A DNA stretch of 63,807 bases, counting the filler, from Catajapyx aquilonaris (taxonomy: Eukaryota), in NCBI GenBank assembly GCA_000934665.2. It is 2 parts of 2 records of this genome, joined end to end, with 100 filler letters (N's around TTAATTAATTAA, not from the genome) between each part and the next. Parts side by side here need not be neighbours in the genome. Positions count along the whole stretch, not along the records: positions 1 to 31,926 come from KZ539157.1; 1 more part is not named here. One strand, 5' to 3'. The translations under genes and the position numbers were made by a program. The first letter of the stretch is position 1; the number at the start of each line of letters is the position of its first letter. The notes under the pieces were generated by a model. The model saw only the letters and a list, made by a program, of their open reading frames with translations, searched no databases and was not told where the DNA came from. This document shows positions 11,921-28,950 of this stretch, one piece after another.

Positions 11921-12754
11921 TTACTTTTCAGCTTTGCATTCCTGTAAATAAAAGTAATGTACCGTATATTGTCATGAGTTGCACATGAAGCTTAACAATG
12001 TATCATACCTCCTTCACAGCTTCAAAGGCGCAATCCATAGTAGCATCAATTTTCAAGGTTCCTCTGCATGGTTTCCCTATCCGGGGTTGACGCGGTTCTG
12101 AAAATGGACATTATTTTGGCATTAAAATAATAATTTTAATCTACATCAATGGCCCTACCAGCATTCTTGCAAGCAACTAGCTTCTCCTTCAGAGCAGCTT
12201 TTGCCTCTTCATATCCTTCTTCAGGGAGAGCCAGATTCACAACATTGTCTGGTATCAAGTTTCCCTCATTGTCCATCTGAAGCGTTAGCTGATTACAATG
12301 TATTCCAGAAAACTATGTGACAACCAGCTCTGATAATACGTACCACCTCAAGTGTCCAAGCCGTACATGTCTCTCGGGCACACTGCAATAGTAAGAATAT
12401 ACTGTAAATAAGCTCCTTTCGGGCATCTTTCATACAACATTTTAACAATTGGTCATAATTAAAGTCTTGCAAGTGTTGACATAGCTCAATGAAGATTCAA
12501 ACCCAGCTGGCATGTGCATCTCCTCGACATATCCGCTCTGCCTGAGCTAATTTTTCCTCGTTGTCTTCATTGGGAGGAGGTGCGTGTGGTCCAAGAACAT
12601 CACAATAACTGGGCTGAAACAAAGTACGATTCGACAAACCATGAAATTAATAGATAGGTTTCAACCATCAATGTGATACACTTACCCTCTCGGCACCAAC
12701 TAGAGCAGTAGAAATAATGAGCAATGCAGCCAACATGTTCATTGCAGCCGACAT
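11921..12754 (-). CDS. Secreted 8-Cys OBP-like protein, copy G (6 exons)
   Basis: MSAAMNMLAALLIISTALVGAER|PSYCDVLG...ERICRGDAHASW|CARETCTAWTLEV|MDNEGNLIPDNVVNLALPEEGYEE...LVACKNA|EPRQ...KPCRGTLKIDATMDCAFEAVKE|ECKAEK*. The start could be any of three Met codons. Confidence 0.82.
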
Positions 12755-13300
12755 GATTTCTGCCTGGCTTTCCAACCTGCAGTGACATGAATGTAAGTAT
12801 CTTCACGCACTTGAGTGACAATTATCTGGTTTTGCTGCATCCCTCTGAAAGTGATACATTATTGTTACAGTATGTCTTCCTTCCTGTGTGAGTGTTGGCA
12901 ATGATTAAACTTCCAGCCCTGAACATGACTTTGAGATAAAATTACACAATATTCTGACTAATTAATTTTTAACACTTGACGGTGGCACATCTTAATCACA
13001 TGTCACACTTGCTAAAGAGAAGATTTTGTAATATTGTATAAATAATTTATACTTAAAATGTAAGGGTGGAATGACGTAACCAGTTAAAATTAACATCATC
13101 CAAAAATGTTATTTATTTAGTCCGCATTCACTACATAATAAGATAGCTGAAAGAATTAACATCAAAACTAGCAAGCTATGACATTACATACAGTGCAGAA
13201 AATAATGTTAAATGAAATTGGTTGCTGAAATACATGCAGGTAAATGTAATATTCATCAAGAGGACTCTGTTACGTCTGAAATGTTCTGTTGGCAATGGCA

Positions 13301-14059
13301 TTATTTCCTACGTCTGCATTCCTGTAAATAAAAATATTAGAGTGTTACGACTTGTGATTATGAAATATGTTAAGTATGCCCTACCTCATTCCAGGCATCC
13401 GATGCGCAGTCCACAGTGGCTTCAAATTTCATCATTCCTATGCATGGGCCGTTCACCCGTCGATGCTCTGCAGAAAATGATCATCGCATTGTTATTCCAG
13501 TAACACAATAATATCCATTGCACGTATTAACGTACCAGCAACCCTGCAGGCAACGAGGTTTTCCTTCAAGAAGGTTTTTGCATCTTCAAATCCTGTTTCA
13601 GGCATGACCAGTTCAACAAACGTGTCTGGTACCATGTGTCCCTCATCGTCTAGCTGAAAGTAGAGTTATAGTGAAGCAAATATGCACCCACCGGTCCTGA
13701 TATTACTTACCAGCTCAAGAAACTGAACCGCACATGTTTGTCTCTCGCACTGCAATGGAATAGAAACATAGTGAACAACTGGACGTTATTGTTGTGATTG
13801 TTGTAGGTTCAAACCGGGGTATCACGGCTTCTGCAGGTGTCCTCGGCTTCATCTATTTTTGCCTGAGCTTCTTCGCCTCGACGTGGTTGATAAGGTCCAT
13901 CAAAAAAAATGCAAAATCTGGGCTGCAACAGAGTTGGGATTAAACAATAAATTAATGCAACGTTACGTGAATCCGCATTGTTAAACCTACCCTGTTGGCA
14001 CCAACTGTTGCGGTGGAAATAAGGAGCAATGCGGCCAACATGTTCATCGCAGCAGACAT
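13301..14059 (-). CDS. Secreted 8-Cys OBP-like protein, copy H (6 exons)
   Basis: MSAAMNMLAALLLISTATVGANR|PRFCIFF...EDTCRSRDTP|CERQTCAVQFLEL|LDDEGHMVPD...LVACRVA|EHRRVNGPCIGMMKFEATVDCASDAWNE|ECRRRK*. Confidence 0.82.
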
Positions 14060-14747
14060 CATTGATACCTTCTCTTCCAAGCATTTGAGCAACAATCATC
14101 TGGTTGTGATGCTTCCTCTCTGCAAATTATATATATTGTTGTTACATAGTATCTTCCTGTGTGAAAGTATGCTGTGATATCCAGTACAGAACATCACTTT
14201 GGGATGTACTGTACAATATCATGATTGCTTTGGCACATCTTACGTCACAGCTGCATCTTCTTTACTTGTCTGTACAGTGTCGGAAGAGTGTTATCGCTCA
14301 TGTTGTCTTTATCAATCAGTGGAAAAGGAAATTTACTATTAGTGACTAATGGAAATAGTAATATCCACTGATAAAGCAATTATCGCTGCTCCATCATGAG
14401 ATAAAAGCATTTTGATGTTTTCTTCTGAATGACTTCCGCCCAGTTTTTGTCTTATCACATGCAGCTTTATCTCAAGTCGACAGTTCCGCAGCATCACAAA
14501 GTACTCCAATCGACACCCTTCCCACCCCACCACACCTAGTGCTAACATGGTGAGAGTACATAAAGGCGATATCACGTGCATTGCTCATTCACGACCACCA
14601 GAACTAACTGACGTCAAGTGTGGTCTTTTGATTCTGCCAGTGAAGGAAGAAACCCATGTAAGTTGATTACAACAAATCATTCCACTTGAATGATGTGACA
14701 ATATTCATCATGGAACTCCTACGCCATCTCTTCTGCCAGATCCAACA

Positions 14748-15090
14748 ATGATTTCCGTGGGAAGGTCACCAGCTCTAGTAACTTGTCCAACTTGCCACTC
14801 AACAATTACAACAATGGTAGCTGCCAAGCCATCGTCAAATGCCTACATTCTCGGAACACTCCTGTGTATTTTTGGGTAAGTATTAGAATGTGGTGAAGAG
14901 AGCATCACACGACCCTGTTGCTATGCGGGGAACAGAACATAACTCGTACTGCTTACATTAGTGTTAACACAGTGTTTTTGACAGTTGTGTCCTCGGATGC
15001 TGCCTGATCCCCTGCTGCATGGACAGCATGAAGGAGTACAGGCACACATGTCCTCACTGCGGTGGCGAAATTGGGACGTACAAAGCTTAA
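14748..15090 (+). CDS. LITAF/SIMPLE-like zinc-binding domain protein (~77 aa)
   Basis: Exons 14748-14875 and 14985-15090: MISVGRSPALVTCPTCHSTITTMV...AYILGTLLCIFGCVLGCCLIPCCMDSMKEYRHTCPHCGGEIGTYKA*. This is the CxxC - hydrophobic - HxCxxC LITAF signature. An extra upstream exon (~14641-14657) is possible. Confidence 0.85.
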
Positions 15091-16377
15091 GCCAACTGAC
15101 ATCCCAGGATCTCTGTGTACAAAATTAATGTGTAATATTTATAACTCTGTGTAAACAAGTAATTATAATAAATTCATATCTAAGAGCGGTCATCCTGGCG
15201 AATCCCTGCAACGGCATACACATTCTGAAGTGGAGGCAGGGTGAGAAGTGAAAAAAATTTGTGAAAGCAAAAATGCACCATTTTACTGGTGGGATTACAC
15301 TATTTCAAACAAATAGGTACAAAACAAGGGCACATAGGTGTTTACATGGGTTCAGGGCAACTTGATTAATACAGTTTGTGAGATCAGCCCCCTTCCAGAC
15401 ATTCATTCCATAAGTTAGGCGACGCTGTTTCTTGGGGGAGGTAAGTGACGGGATTAGGAAGGGTTCGTTGGTCTCATCTCAACTCATTTCCACACTGCTA
15501 CTGAATAAAGGGTCAAATACTTAAAAACACATCCAGACGTCACGATAGACAATGCTAGTTTCATTCTGAAGACTTACCCTTCATGTTACTTACTCAACAA
15601 TGATTCCAATGGTAACACAGGTCATCCGTAAAATTTGCCCAGGCCATGAGGAATTACTCCGAATCAGAATGCCTGCATATGTGCCGTAAAATTTTGAAAA
15701 TTAATATCAATTCAATATCAACGACCAAATGGTAAAAATAACAGTAAAATTTGAAAGGGCACTAACCTTACCGTCTTTTTGTGAAATTGATCTAAGCAAG
15801 TGCCCTGCTGTGCTCGAAATAGACTACAAGATTTAAATCCTCAGTACTGAATACTTTACAAGAGTAAACTACATCGAAACCTGTCCGTTTCCAGTCATTT
15901 CTAGCATGCGAAACATTTTTCATTCCGAATAGTACATGACAGAAACCACAGGACCAAACAAATGTGGGCTAGTTGCCATCGTATTCCGAGTCCATTGCTG
16001 ACAGATCGGCTTTCTCTTTCCGATCCCAGTTGCAGGGACCGAATATTAGTGAAGGTGCAACTGTTAGGTAGCAATCACATCTTGCGTAGCATGATCGATT
16101 TCCATTGGCAAAGCTCGATGCAAGAATTCTCACAAGCGGAAGCTGCAGTTAGTCTGCCAGTGGGCGTTTCCTCCAAAACGTTGCAATTACTTGTGCGACA
16201 TGATAGAGAACAATTATTACAAAATTGATTTATACAAATACGGAAAACCCGGACGTACGAAACTTATAAAAACGAAAAGAACACAAGGCATTGACGTGAA
16301 GTATGCAGGCAACACGTGGTTAATTCGTGATTTGCATTTCTCCGAGGTAGTGTAAGAAAGGCAAATGGTTGGGGGGT

Positions 16378-20385
<4,008 letters not shown>

Positions 20386-23300
20386 TGCGATCTATTGACG
20401 GAAGTTCACTTCAGATCAACGGCATAGGATAACAGATGGCCTACTGAAATGGGAAAAAAAAAATGTTTACAAAATGAAAGTTCTACAAATAAAAACAGGA
20501 AATCATACACCTCTGTTTTAACATGCAACAATGATCGGAATGATACAGTGCCCCCGCTTCTTTTTTTTGTGCCGTAATTCCATAATAGCTCACTAGCAGT
20601 GTTAATTAGAATCTTTTCCAGATGATTTATCAAATGACTTTTCATAACATGGACATATTTTTTTAAACACTAAAAACAAGTCACTGGGACTTACAACAGA
20701 TAACAATCAAAAATATCATGACGTCCATCGGGAAAAGAAAGCATAACCATGTTATCAAACCGGTGAAGTCAATTACAGCTACAAGTCAAGCATTACACAT
20801 TGCTACAAAAAATGTGCAAACAAGACGAGCAATAAAACCCGCTACGGATACTATTTTAAATGCAGCATACTAGTCACCAATTTACTACAATCCAAAACAG
20901 AATTTTTAAAAAACACACCTTACCTCAAATTAACGCATTTTTTTTGCAATTACGTTTGTTTGAACACATTCGATGATAACATTCTTCCCAATTCAATCGT
21001 TACATAGCCAGTTGACATTTCCCCACAGAGCGTTACCGTTGTGTATAATAATAATTATTGTCACAGCCCTGCGTTTCTGAGGATCAAGGATACGGGTGAA
21101 ATGGGAATGATGCCAGACGGCCAAAGGAAACGAGACGAAGGGAGGGGAAGATAGCAGATCTTGGAAGCAGGAGGTGAGAAGAGAGGGGCGGGGATTATAT
21201 GGAAAGAAAGTGTGGTTACGGTTGCCATTGTGTACCCAACCCACACCGGGTTCCAGTTCGCTGAAACGCAAATTACATGTTCCTTAGACAACAAGTGCAC
21301 GTTAAAAAATGTCAGGATTGCAATTAGTTGTCACTGGAACTCGCAACGTTCCAACAACAAATCCTGCTGAATATTTGAGAAACGGCACCGAGTATAATGC
21401 AACGTCTACGAATTCACCTGGCTCCGATAACGACCGCTCTTCCCGAGCCTGCCACAAAACAACAAGCCCACACACAATGCGTGGAGACAGACACGCTTGG
21501 GACAGCACGTTTCCAGCCCATGGTCAAAACAATAATTGTTACGGAATGTCACTCTGTCCTCCTTTTTTTCCATGTAGCCAAGGCCACACTGATTTAATCT
21601 GTCATTTTATGCACATGTTGCTTTTGTCTCAATTCACTCATCCGAAATTGTATCGCCAACAATTCGTTGGCATTACAGTAATTGACGGATTATACCCCAT
21701 TTCAGCAGATCATAAAACGGATAAGGTGCACGGTGATTTTTTGAGCCACTTTTTGAGAAAAAAGCGTATGTCGTCCAATACGGTTAATAACATTGACGGT
21801 TAGCTGCGACGTGATTAACGCATCCAACAATTCATGCATTGCTACGTTATTATTACGGCATGTCACAACCACAATATTAAGGAAAATACCGAGTGACTAA
21901 CGCATACTAAAAATATTCCATCCAAGCTGTTGACCTGCTGCGGATAAGCTGAAATGATTTTTCCCCTCCCTTTATCGCCTGTCGGATGGCTACATTTATG
22001 GGGCGGAAGTATAAATAAACCCTTTTTAATTAATGCCAACCCCTTGGCTGCTCCAAAATTAGAAAAGCAACATGCAACCCAGTGGGGTGGCTGGGTGGGA
22101 AGGTCACTGGCTTTTAAACGCCGGCCTTGAACATTTTGTTTGTTTGTCCACAGCATGCTGGGGACTACCAACGCTCTAACTACTCATGCCTGTGCATGTT
22201 CCAAACCCTTAAAGACAAACCCATGCGACACCGAGCAGCGTTTGTGACCTTCTCGGCTGGCTTGTAGCAGGCCCTGATGTCAACCATGGTCCGCTCCACC
22301 CAACGATCCAACTCCAACTGTGCCCCTGCTGTGCCTTCCTCCTCAAGATGTAGAGAGAAAACTCGGGTGCTCCCAGTACAGTTAAGCAAATGACATGAGG
22401 AAGTCCTGAAGGGTGAAGGAGAAAATCCTGTGGGCTGTGAAGAGGAAGTGAAGATCAAAGAATCAGGAGGAAGCTAATCAACCTTGGGATTAAATTTTGT
22501 CAGGTTCAGCAAGTAGTTGAGCCTCCAACCGCACACTAGGCGGTGGCGCTGATTGTTAACGAACTGTAGTGCTGACATCTATCAGTTGTAATCAGAACAA
22601 TCATGCAAGGTTATATCAGAAAATCAGCTGAACCGTAATTAATAATTATGCAACGGTTAATTACAGTGCAGAAGATATTAATTGCAGTGCAGAAGTTATT
22701 AATTGCGGTGCGGCCAGCCTTCACATTGAAGGGCACGACCGTGGCACGGCCGTGGCACGGCTATGACTTATTTCAAGTGCTGATGTCGTTCGCAATTACA
22801 TCAACACAACATTTATAAATTAATAGTTAAACCATTAAAATTGCAGACAACAACGAATTTTTTTAGCAAAAGCTCTTTAACTCTGGAATCGTGCCGTGGG
22901 GTCTTTTAGGACCCCAAAGGAATTAAAATCCATTACAATTATAATTACAATGAACTTTCGCCATTTTTAAAAAGTATATAACAGGGAGTGCATGTTCATT
23001 TTGAATTAGCGATCATTTTAGCCATTGTTCAAAGAACGATTGTATATACTCAATACATTGAAAAGTATGATATCAAAATTAATAAAAATCGATGTGGTCC
23101 TAAAAGACCCCACGGGGTTACGTGACACTATAGCGACACAATGTACCTCACAGTTCGAGTCCTGTCAGCCCAGCAATCAACTGGCCACAAAGTGCAAAAA
23201 GGCACAAGTGTTATTAGTAAACAAATTTGTGGGCGGGTTGAAGGACACTTGGCAGCTTGGCAAAATATGATATCCACATGTGATAAGCAAAGTTGCAAAG

Positions 23301-23500
23301 CTCTCAAGTTTTACTATGTGTGGGTGTAGCAACCTTGAATCATAATTTCGTAGAAATGCATGCGTCTCTGCCAAGTCAAGCCTTGCCAACTTCTTGTCGG
23401 GTGCGACAGGAGTGAAGCGTTAAAATCCATTACAATCACATAAGAAAAATGCAACAATGTGACACCAAATAGTGTATTGTATCATTGCGACAATGAACAT

Positions 23501-26500
23501 TTAACGAACGGCTACACTTTCTTCTTCTTTTTCTTTACTTTCAGGTCAGCTTTTCCAGCACTCCTCTTCTTGTTCTGGCCTCCAGCTTTGTCGGCAGATT
23601 TGGCAGCCTTTGCTTTGCTCTGAAATCAGTGCCGCAATTAGGCGATGTATTAATTGCGGGTTTAAAAAACATACCTCAGATATCTGCGTCTCCACTGTGC
23701 CTTCCCATTTCCGCAAGTACGCCTCCTCTGCTTCTTCCATCTCCTCGTCAGAATCTCGGTTTACGCTTTTCTCCTCAGGTACTCTACCTGCACCTCCCTT
23801 CTTCTCCTCCTCCTTGTCTTTGTCAGGATCTTTCTCCTTAATCGTTGTTGCTGTCCACTTTTTGGGCTTCCTCTTCTCATTAATGACCTTAATCCTTCCG
23901 TCGGGGTACACTCTAACACGTCGACCAGGAAGTGTGCTTAGTTCATCCTCCACGTATTCAGCCTTCTTCTTCTGTGCTTCTAACATCACATCATTGGGTG
24001 AAACTGCAACAACAAGCACATCAGAATCACCACTTTCTTCATAATTTATGTCACATACTCAGATATTATTATCGTACCTGCGGATACATAGATGGGCAGC
24101 GATAGGTTGGCTGATCGTGTCTTGAGGTACACACTGCGTACATTCTTCCAGCCACCAGGAAGCTTCTCTGGGAGATCTTCCAACACTGTGGATATGTTGT
24201 CGAGAAGCTGCTGGGCGGACAGTCCAAGGTGGCCCACTTGCATAGTCCCACAGGGGCCATGGTTCAGGAGAGGAAGCTGCGTTGTGTGCAGTGCTCTCTC
24301 CACCTCGCCTCGCAGGTCATTTTTCCTCAGGTCCACCTGCACTGGTAGCCTAGAAGGCGACATGCACCACTGTACACAACTGATTAAAACCTAACTGTGC
24401 TACTCACTTCTTTCTATCATAAAAAGGTTTCCCAAGCAGGGGTGGCAAGTAGCACATGATCCTCCCATCGGCTAAGAACACCTGGAACTGGTTGCTCAAC
24501 CGCCTCTTGGCCTCGTACGGCTTGAATTCAGACCTCAGCTGACGGAGAGACATCACCTGCAAGCAACACGGATTAGATCATCATAGTCAGACAATTAAGT
24601 GTAACAATGCCCAACCTGGTTAACTTTTTTGACGCCTTTCGAGGCCAACAAATCCTGAAAGTGCATCACTGACGGGGTATGGTCTTCAAATAGTCCTTTC
24701 TTGAGGTCCTTTACAATCAGGCACACATCGGAGCCTTCCTTCCAAATGGAATGTGGCACCGAGCTGATGAAATAATAATGGAATCACTCTCGAGAAAGAC
24801 ATATTGGGTCTCTGAGCATTCGACATTAATTGAATGCACTACCACAGTGGTTCCCAAACTGTGCTCTACGGAGCCCTTGCAGCTCCGCAGAAGCTTTGAG
24901 AATAACTGGATACTTTTTCAAAAAAGGAGAAGTTCACTTGTCCACCTGGCCTTGATCACAACAGCGCCTCAATTTTGAGTTCATTAGAAGAATTTTTCAA
25001 CTCAAATGACATTTCATGGAACAACTGCATTGTCAATGTATGCACAGTTGGGCCGAAGGCAATGACTGGCCATACTGCTGGTGTTATCACCAGAAAAAAT
25101 CCAAGGAATGCAACAACAGTCATTGTGGCCTCCACAGGCAAGCCCTATTCGTAAAAAAGCAGACCCTAATTTTTAAAAATTCCTATACCACCTACTCTTG
25201 GCCATGAAATTTTGTAGCACAAACATTCCAGCACTTGTTCCTTGTATTCACTGGTTAGTAAGCAACACCTGTCTGACAATACATCTTTATACTGTGAGAG
25301 GGAGGCAGAGTGGTGCTGCGGTAATGTATGTGCCCACAGATGTTAAGGTCCCGGGTTCGATCCCAGCCCGGGGACACCCCCTTCATCTCATGCAGAGTTG
25401 AGCAGCCGTCTCTGGCTAGGGCTGTGCGGTTATTGAATTTGGAAACCGGTTATCGGTTATTGAAATAACCGCGGTTATAACCGGTTAGCGGTTATTTTCG
25501 ATTAACAGGTTATTTTCGATTAACCGGTTATTTTCATAGGAGAATTGGTACATAACAGAATACACACGAGATTAGAGCAAGTGGGAGCTGGCGGGTCGCG
25601 GGTGGGGACGGGATTCCCGACCCCACCCGCCAGCCCGCCACCAGGCTAACAGCCTAACACCACTTACACCAGTCTTTGGGGGCCATGCCTTGGGCCCTTG
25701 GCACCTTGCCTGCCCTTGCCCCTCCCCATTAACCGGTTAGTGCAATAACTGGTTATTGCATAAACCGGTTAATCGGGGAAATAACCGGTTAGTGCAATAA
25801 CCGGTTATTGCATAAAAAATTAACCGGCTAACCGGTTAATGCAATAATCTAAAAATTAACCGGTTAACCGGTTAACCGCACAGCCCTATCTCTGGCTTCG
25901 TCTTGGGTGAATCCTGAGACTACCCACCCAGGGGAATTCAAAAAATAACCACGGATAAGACATTGCACTGCACTTTGCACATCCCCTCCTGTCATCCTGC
26001 CCGTGAGCCTGGGCGCTTCGTTAAAAGGTTCCGATGTACAATTTGTACTAATAAGAATAAATAAAGGTTTGTGTAAGGGGGTAGACACTCCTCAAAAAAG
26101 TGTACAACGGCTCTCCGCGGCTCTCCCACGGCTCACCAGCAGGCTCACCCACGGTCTTATGGGCTCACCAATGCCTCGGAGAGCCGCCGAGAGCAGCAGA
26201 GAACTTCAGAGAGCCAACTACGTCACTACCCCCAGGGTTGATGATATGACGTTGTTTTCCCTGGGCTGTCCGCGGCTGTTCGCAGCTCACCAGTGATGGT
26301 GTATACCGGTTCCCCGAAGTGACTACCCCCTTGTATCAGGGGGGTGGTGGAGCCCCTGGTATTTTTTCACTTTCATTGTGGGCTCTAGGCAGGGCCTGTA
26401 CATGTACTGTGTGTACTGTGCATATCGTTCAAAAATTTGGATACAACTAATCATTTATATATTTTTGAGTGACATAATGCATGGAGCTCTAAAGTCAGGA

Positions 26501-27598
26501 TACATACGTAATTGGAATGCATTGGGGGTTTTCAGTTGTGCACACTCAAACTGCCAACTGTGCCAACTCATCCAAGGGGGTAGTCACTTCAGAGAGCCGG
26601 TGTACACTCTCACTGGTGAGCCGCTGAGAGCCAAGGGAAAACTACCGGTACGTCATATTGACGTCATATCATCAACCCCGCGGGATGTGACTAGTTGGCT
26701 CCCCAGAGCTCTCTGCGGCTCTTTGCGGCATCGGTGAGCCCATAAGACCATGGGTGAGCCGGGGGAGAGCCTCAGAGAGCCTTAGAGAGCCGCAACTCAA
26801 GAGAGCTGATATACACTTTTTTGAGGAGTGACTACCGCCTTGCCCCGACACTTCCAGCCTAGCCCTGTGTTGACGGTAGTTTAATATAAGTCTCCGCCAT
26901 GGGGGCAATGAAGCGCTGGCGGGGGAATCTACTGTGGGGTCGATTTGGGTTGGCCACTGCCTTCGGAATCAACCCAAACCGTCCTTTCCTCAGAGGGCGT
27001 TTGCAGACTAGGATTCGGGTGGCTGGCAGCGGTAGATCCCTGTGGGGGAGTGCCAGCGCCAAATCCCAGGTCTGGCAGAGATTTTTGTATTCAACTACCA
27101 TATCGTATAAGTGACAGGGGGCTGGGCACCCGACTCCCCCTCCACGGGGCAAAAAGTTAGGGAACCACTGACCTACCACATACTTTTACGTTTATGACTG
27201 TCCAAACTGGCCGACAGACTCCAAAAATGAGTCGGTTTTAGTCTACTTTAGGGGCAGAAAGTGGTGAAATGACCATGCAACCAATCCTTACAACTTGATG
27301 GCCTGCTTTCCTTTTGGGATCTTGACCAGCGCAACCTGAAGCAGCACGTCGTCCTCCTCCGACCCAAACAGGCTCTCCTTCCCCTTCCTCTTCTTCTTCC
27401 CTTGCTGTTGCTTCTTCCTTCCTGCTCCCTCCAGAATCACCTTCACAGCCTCAGACACCTGGACCAAAAATCAGACTTAGTTGAACCCGAGGCCCTCCGG
27501 CTAAACCACCCTCCGCTTCAAACCTGTCCATTGTTGAATAGGGGGCTAGGAGTGTCTCCCTCCTTCCCTCCATCCGATGCAGACCCTTCGTTGGCCAT
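23501..27598 (-). CDS. RSL1D1: Ribosomal L1 domain-containing protein 1-like, multi-exon
   Basis: VLLQVALVKIP, PHSIWKEGSDVCLIVKD, VMSLRQLRSEFKPYEAKRRLSNQFQVFLADGRI..LPPLLGKPFYDRKK, PVQVDL, LPGGWKNVRSVYLKT..SLPIY, then a Lys/Glu-rich tail ending KKKKKKSVAVR*. Confidence 0.88.
25417..25888. mobile_element. hAT-type MITE inserted into a SINE
   Basis: TIR TAGGGCTGTGCGGTTA / TAACCGCACAGCCCTA, perfect 8-bp TSD TCTCTGGC, subterminal TAACCGGTTA repeats. A tRNA-like SINE head (GGTTCGATCCC) lies at ~25310-25400. Confidence 0.85.
26076..26841. mobile_element. Two ~260-bp MITE copies in inverted orientation
   Basis: Copies at ~26076-26331 and ~26575-26841, each bounded by AGGGGGTAGTCAC-like TIRs. The interiors are reverse complements of each other. 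Confidence 0.7.
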
Positions 27599-28083
27599 TG
27601 GTCACCTCTTCCCCTCGCTAAATGTCGCCCTTTGACCTCACCAGTGACCAAAAACTGACCCCACACACACCACAACACGTGGTGATGACCAGAAAACAAA
27701 TGAAGGGCGAAATAACCGTCGCAGCTTATTGGAGGTGTAGCCGCTACTGCCAAAATCGCAGCTACATTAGTTATTTTCAAATTCCGTTACTCTGCTATTC
27801 GCTACATTGCTGATTGCACCTAAAAGTTGTCGCAAAATCAGAAAACACTTCCTTCCGCCCTATAGTCCCCATCAGGCTATATAGCTTTATAAGTATCACA
27901 TCAGTATGCCAATGCAGGCCTGACACGATATGAACACTTATCGTCACTCACACACATGTATGTATACGTGTATACTTTGGAAAAGCTGCATCCACACCAC
28001 TACAGATAATGCACACTACATAAGTGCAGATATATTGTGCCATACTCTTCATTCCCATTTTGGAACTATAGTAGAGAGCAACA

Positions 28084-28950
28084 ATGATCTTCACAGCCAC
28101 CCTGCTCCTTCTCTTGGCCTTTGCAGCAGCCGAAAAGGTAAGTTCATTCAAGTCATTGTTGAAAAATGTCCCCTCACATTTTCTTCTCTATGTGCAGCCT
28201 TCTCACTGCCGACACCCTGATGAACTAGACGAGAGCGTGGCAGGAGAACTGGAAGCAGCGCATATGACCTGCCAGGATGAACAGGATGAGGTTTGATTTT
28301 GACTTGTGAAATATCTCTTAACAACCTGCATCACAATTTCTTCAAACTGAACAATAAGTACATGTTGGACTAATAATTATAATACCATGCTCATCTTATC
28401 TTTTCAGTGTGAACGTTCAAGATGCCAATTAGAGCTGCTACACCTGGTATGTGTGTGCAGTGGGGGGAGACGGGGCGGGGTGTAGTTAACAAATGATCAT
28501 TACAGTTGTATTTGTCAGTAATGCTATTTACTCTGTTGTGGAACATAGCTTGATGACAATGGAAACATAAAACCACAGGCGATGGCTGACTTATTTCTGC
28601 CCGAAGAAGGATACGAAGAGACCAAGGAGTTCTTCGTCGAAACTTTTAACCACTGCGTAGAAACAGGTTTGTTTGTACTCAACCCTTGAACAATGCACAC
28701 AGAAATATGTTGTAAAGGAGAAAATTACTCATCATTTCTTTACTTCAGATGAAGGTGGTAATGTACCGGGGTTACCTGAGGGATGTAACTTCTTGAAACC
28801 TCTAGCATGCACAATAGGAAATTTTCTCCGTGTAAGACTTGCTGTAAAATTCTTGTGATATTATTTCCAACTGAATGGAACTAATTTAATTGCATGCTCA
28901 TATACATTTATTAATGCGCCTCGCATTTGTTGCAGGAATGCGGATTGTAA
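28084..28950 (+). CDS. Secreted 8-Cys OBP-like protein, copy I (6 exons)
   Basis: Exons 28084-28137, 28198-28290, 28408-28446, 28549-28666, 28749-28831, 28936-28950: MIFTATLLLLLAFAAAEK|PSHCRHPDE...MTCQDEQDE|CERSRCQLELLHL|LDDNGNIKP...NHCVET|D...GCNFLKPLACTIGNFLR|ECGL*. Confidence 0.85.

Larger units (their letters stand above)
24845..27170. mobile_element. Probable hAT (Charlie-like) element with nested insertions
   Basis: CAGTGGTTCCCAAACT at 24845 and AGTTAGGGAACCACTG ending at 27170. The flanks CACTACCA and ACCTACCA match at 6 of 8 positions. Confidence 0.5.

Noticed and set aside
15330..15800. Minus-strand spliced gene downstream of coronin
   Set aside because: Splice-like signals exist, but there is no coherent or recognisable reading frame; it could be UTR.
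21309..21803. 164-aa ORF upstream of coronin
   Set aside because: No domain, splice support or paralog; likely coronin 5' intron sequence.
25440..25880. CRISPR-like array of TAACCGGTTA repeats
   Set aside because: Spacing is irregular, there are no unique spacers or cas genes, and it lies inside TIRs and an 8-bp TSD in eukaryotic DNA.
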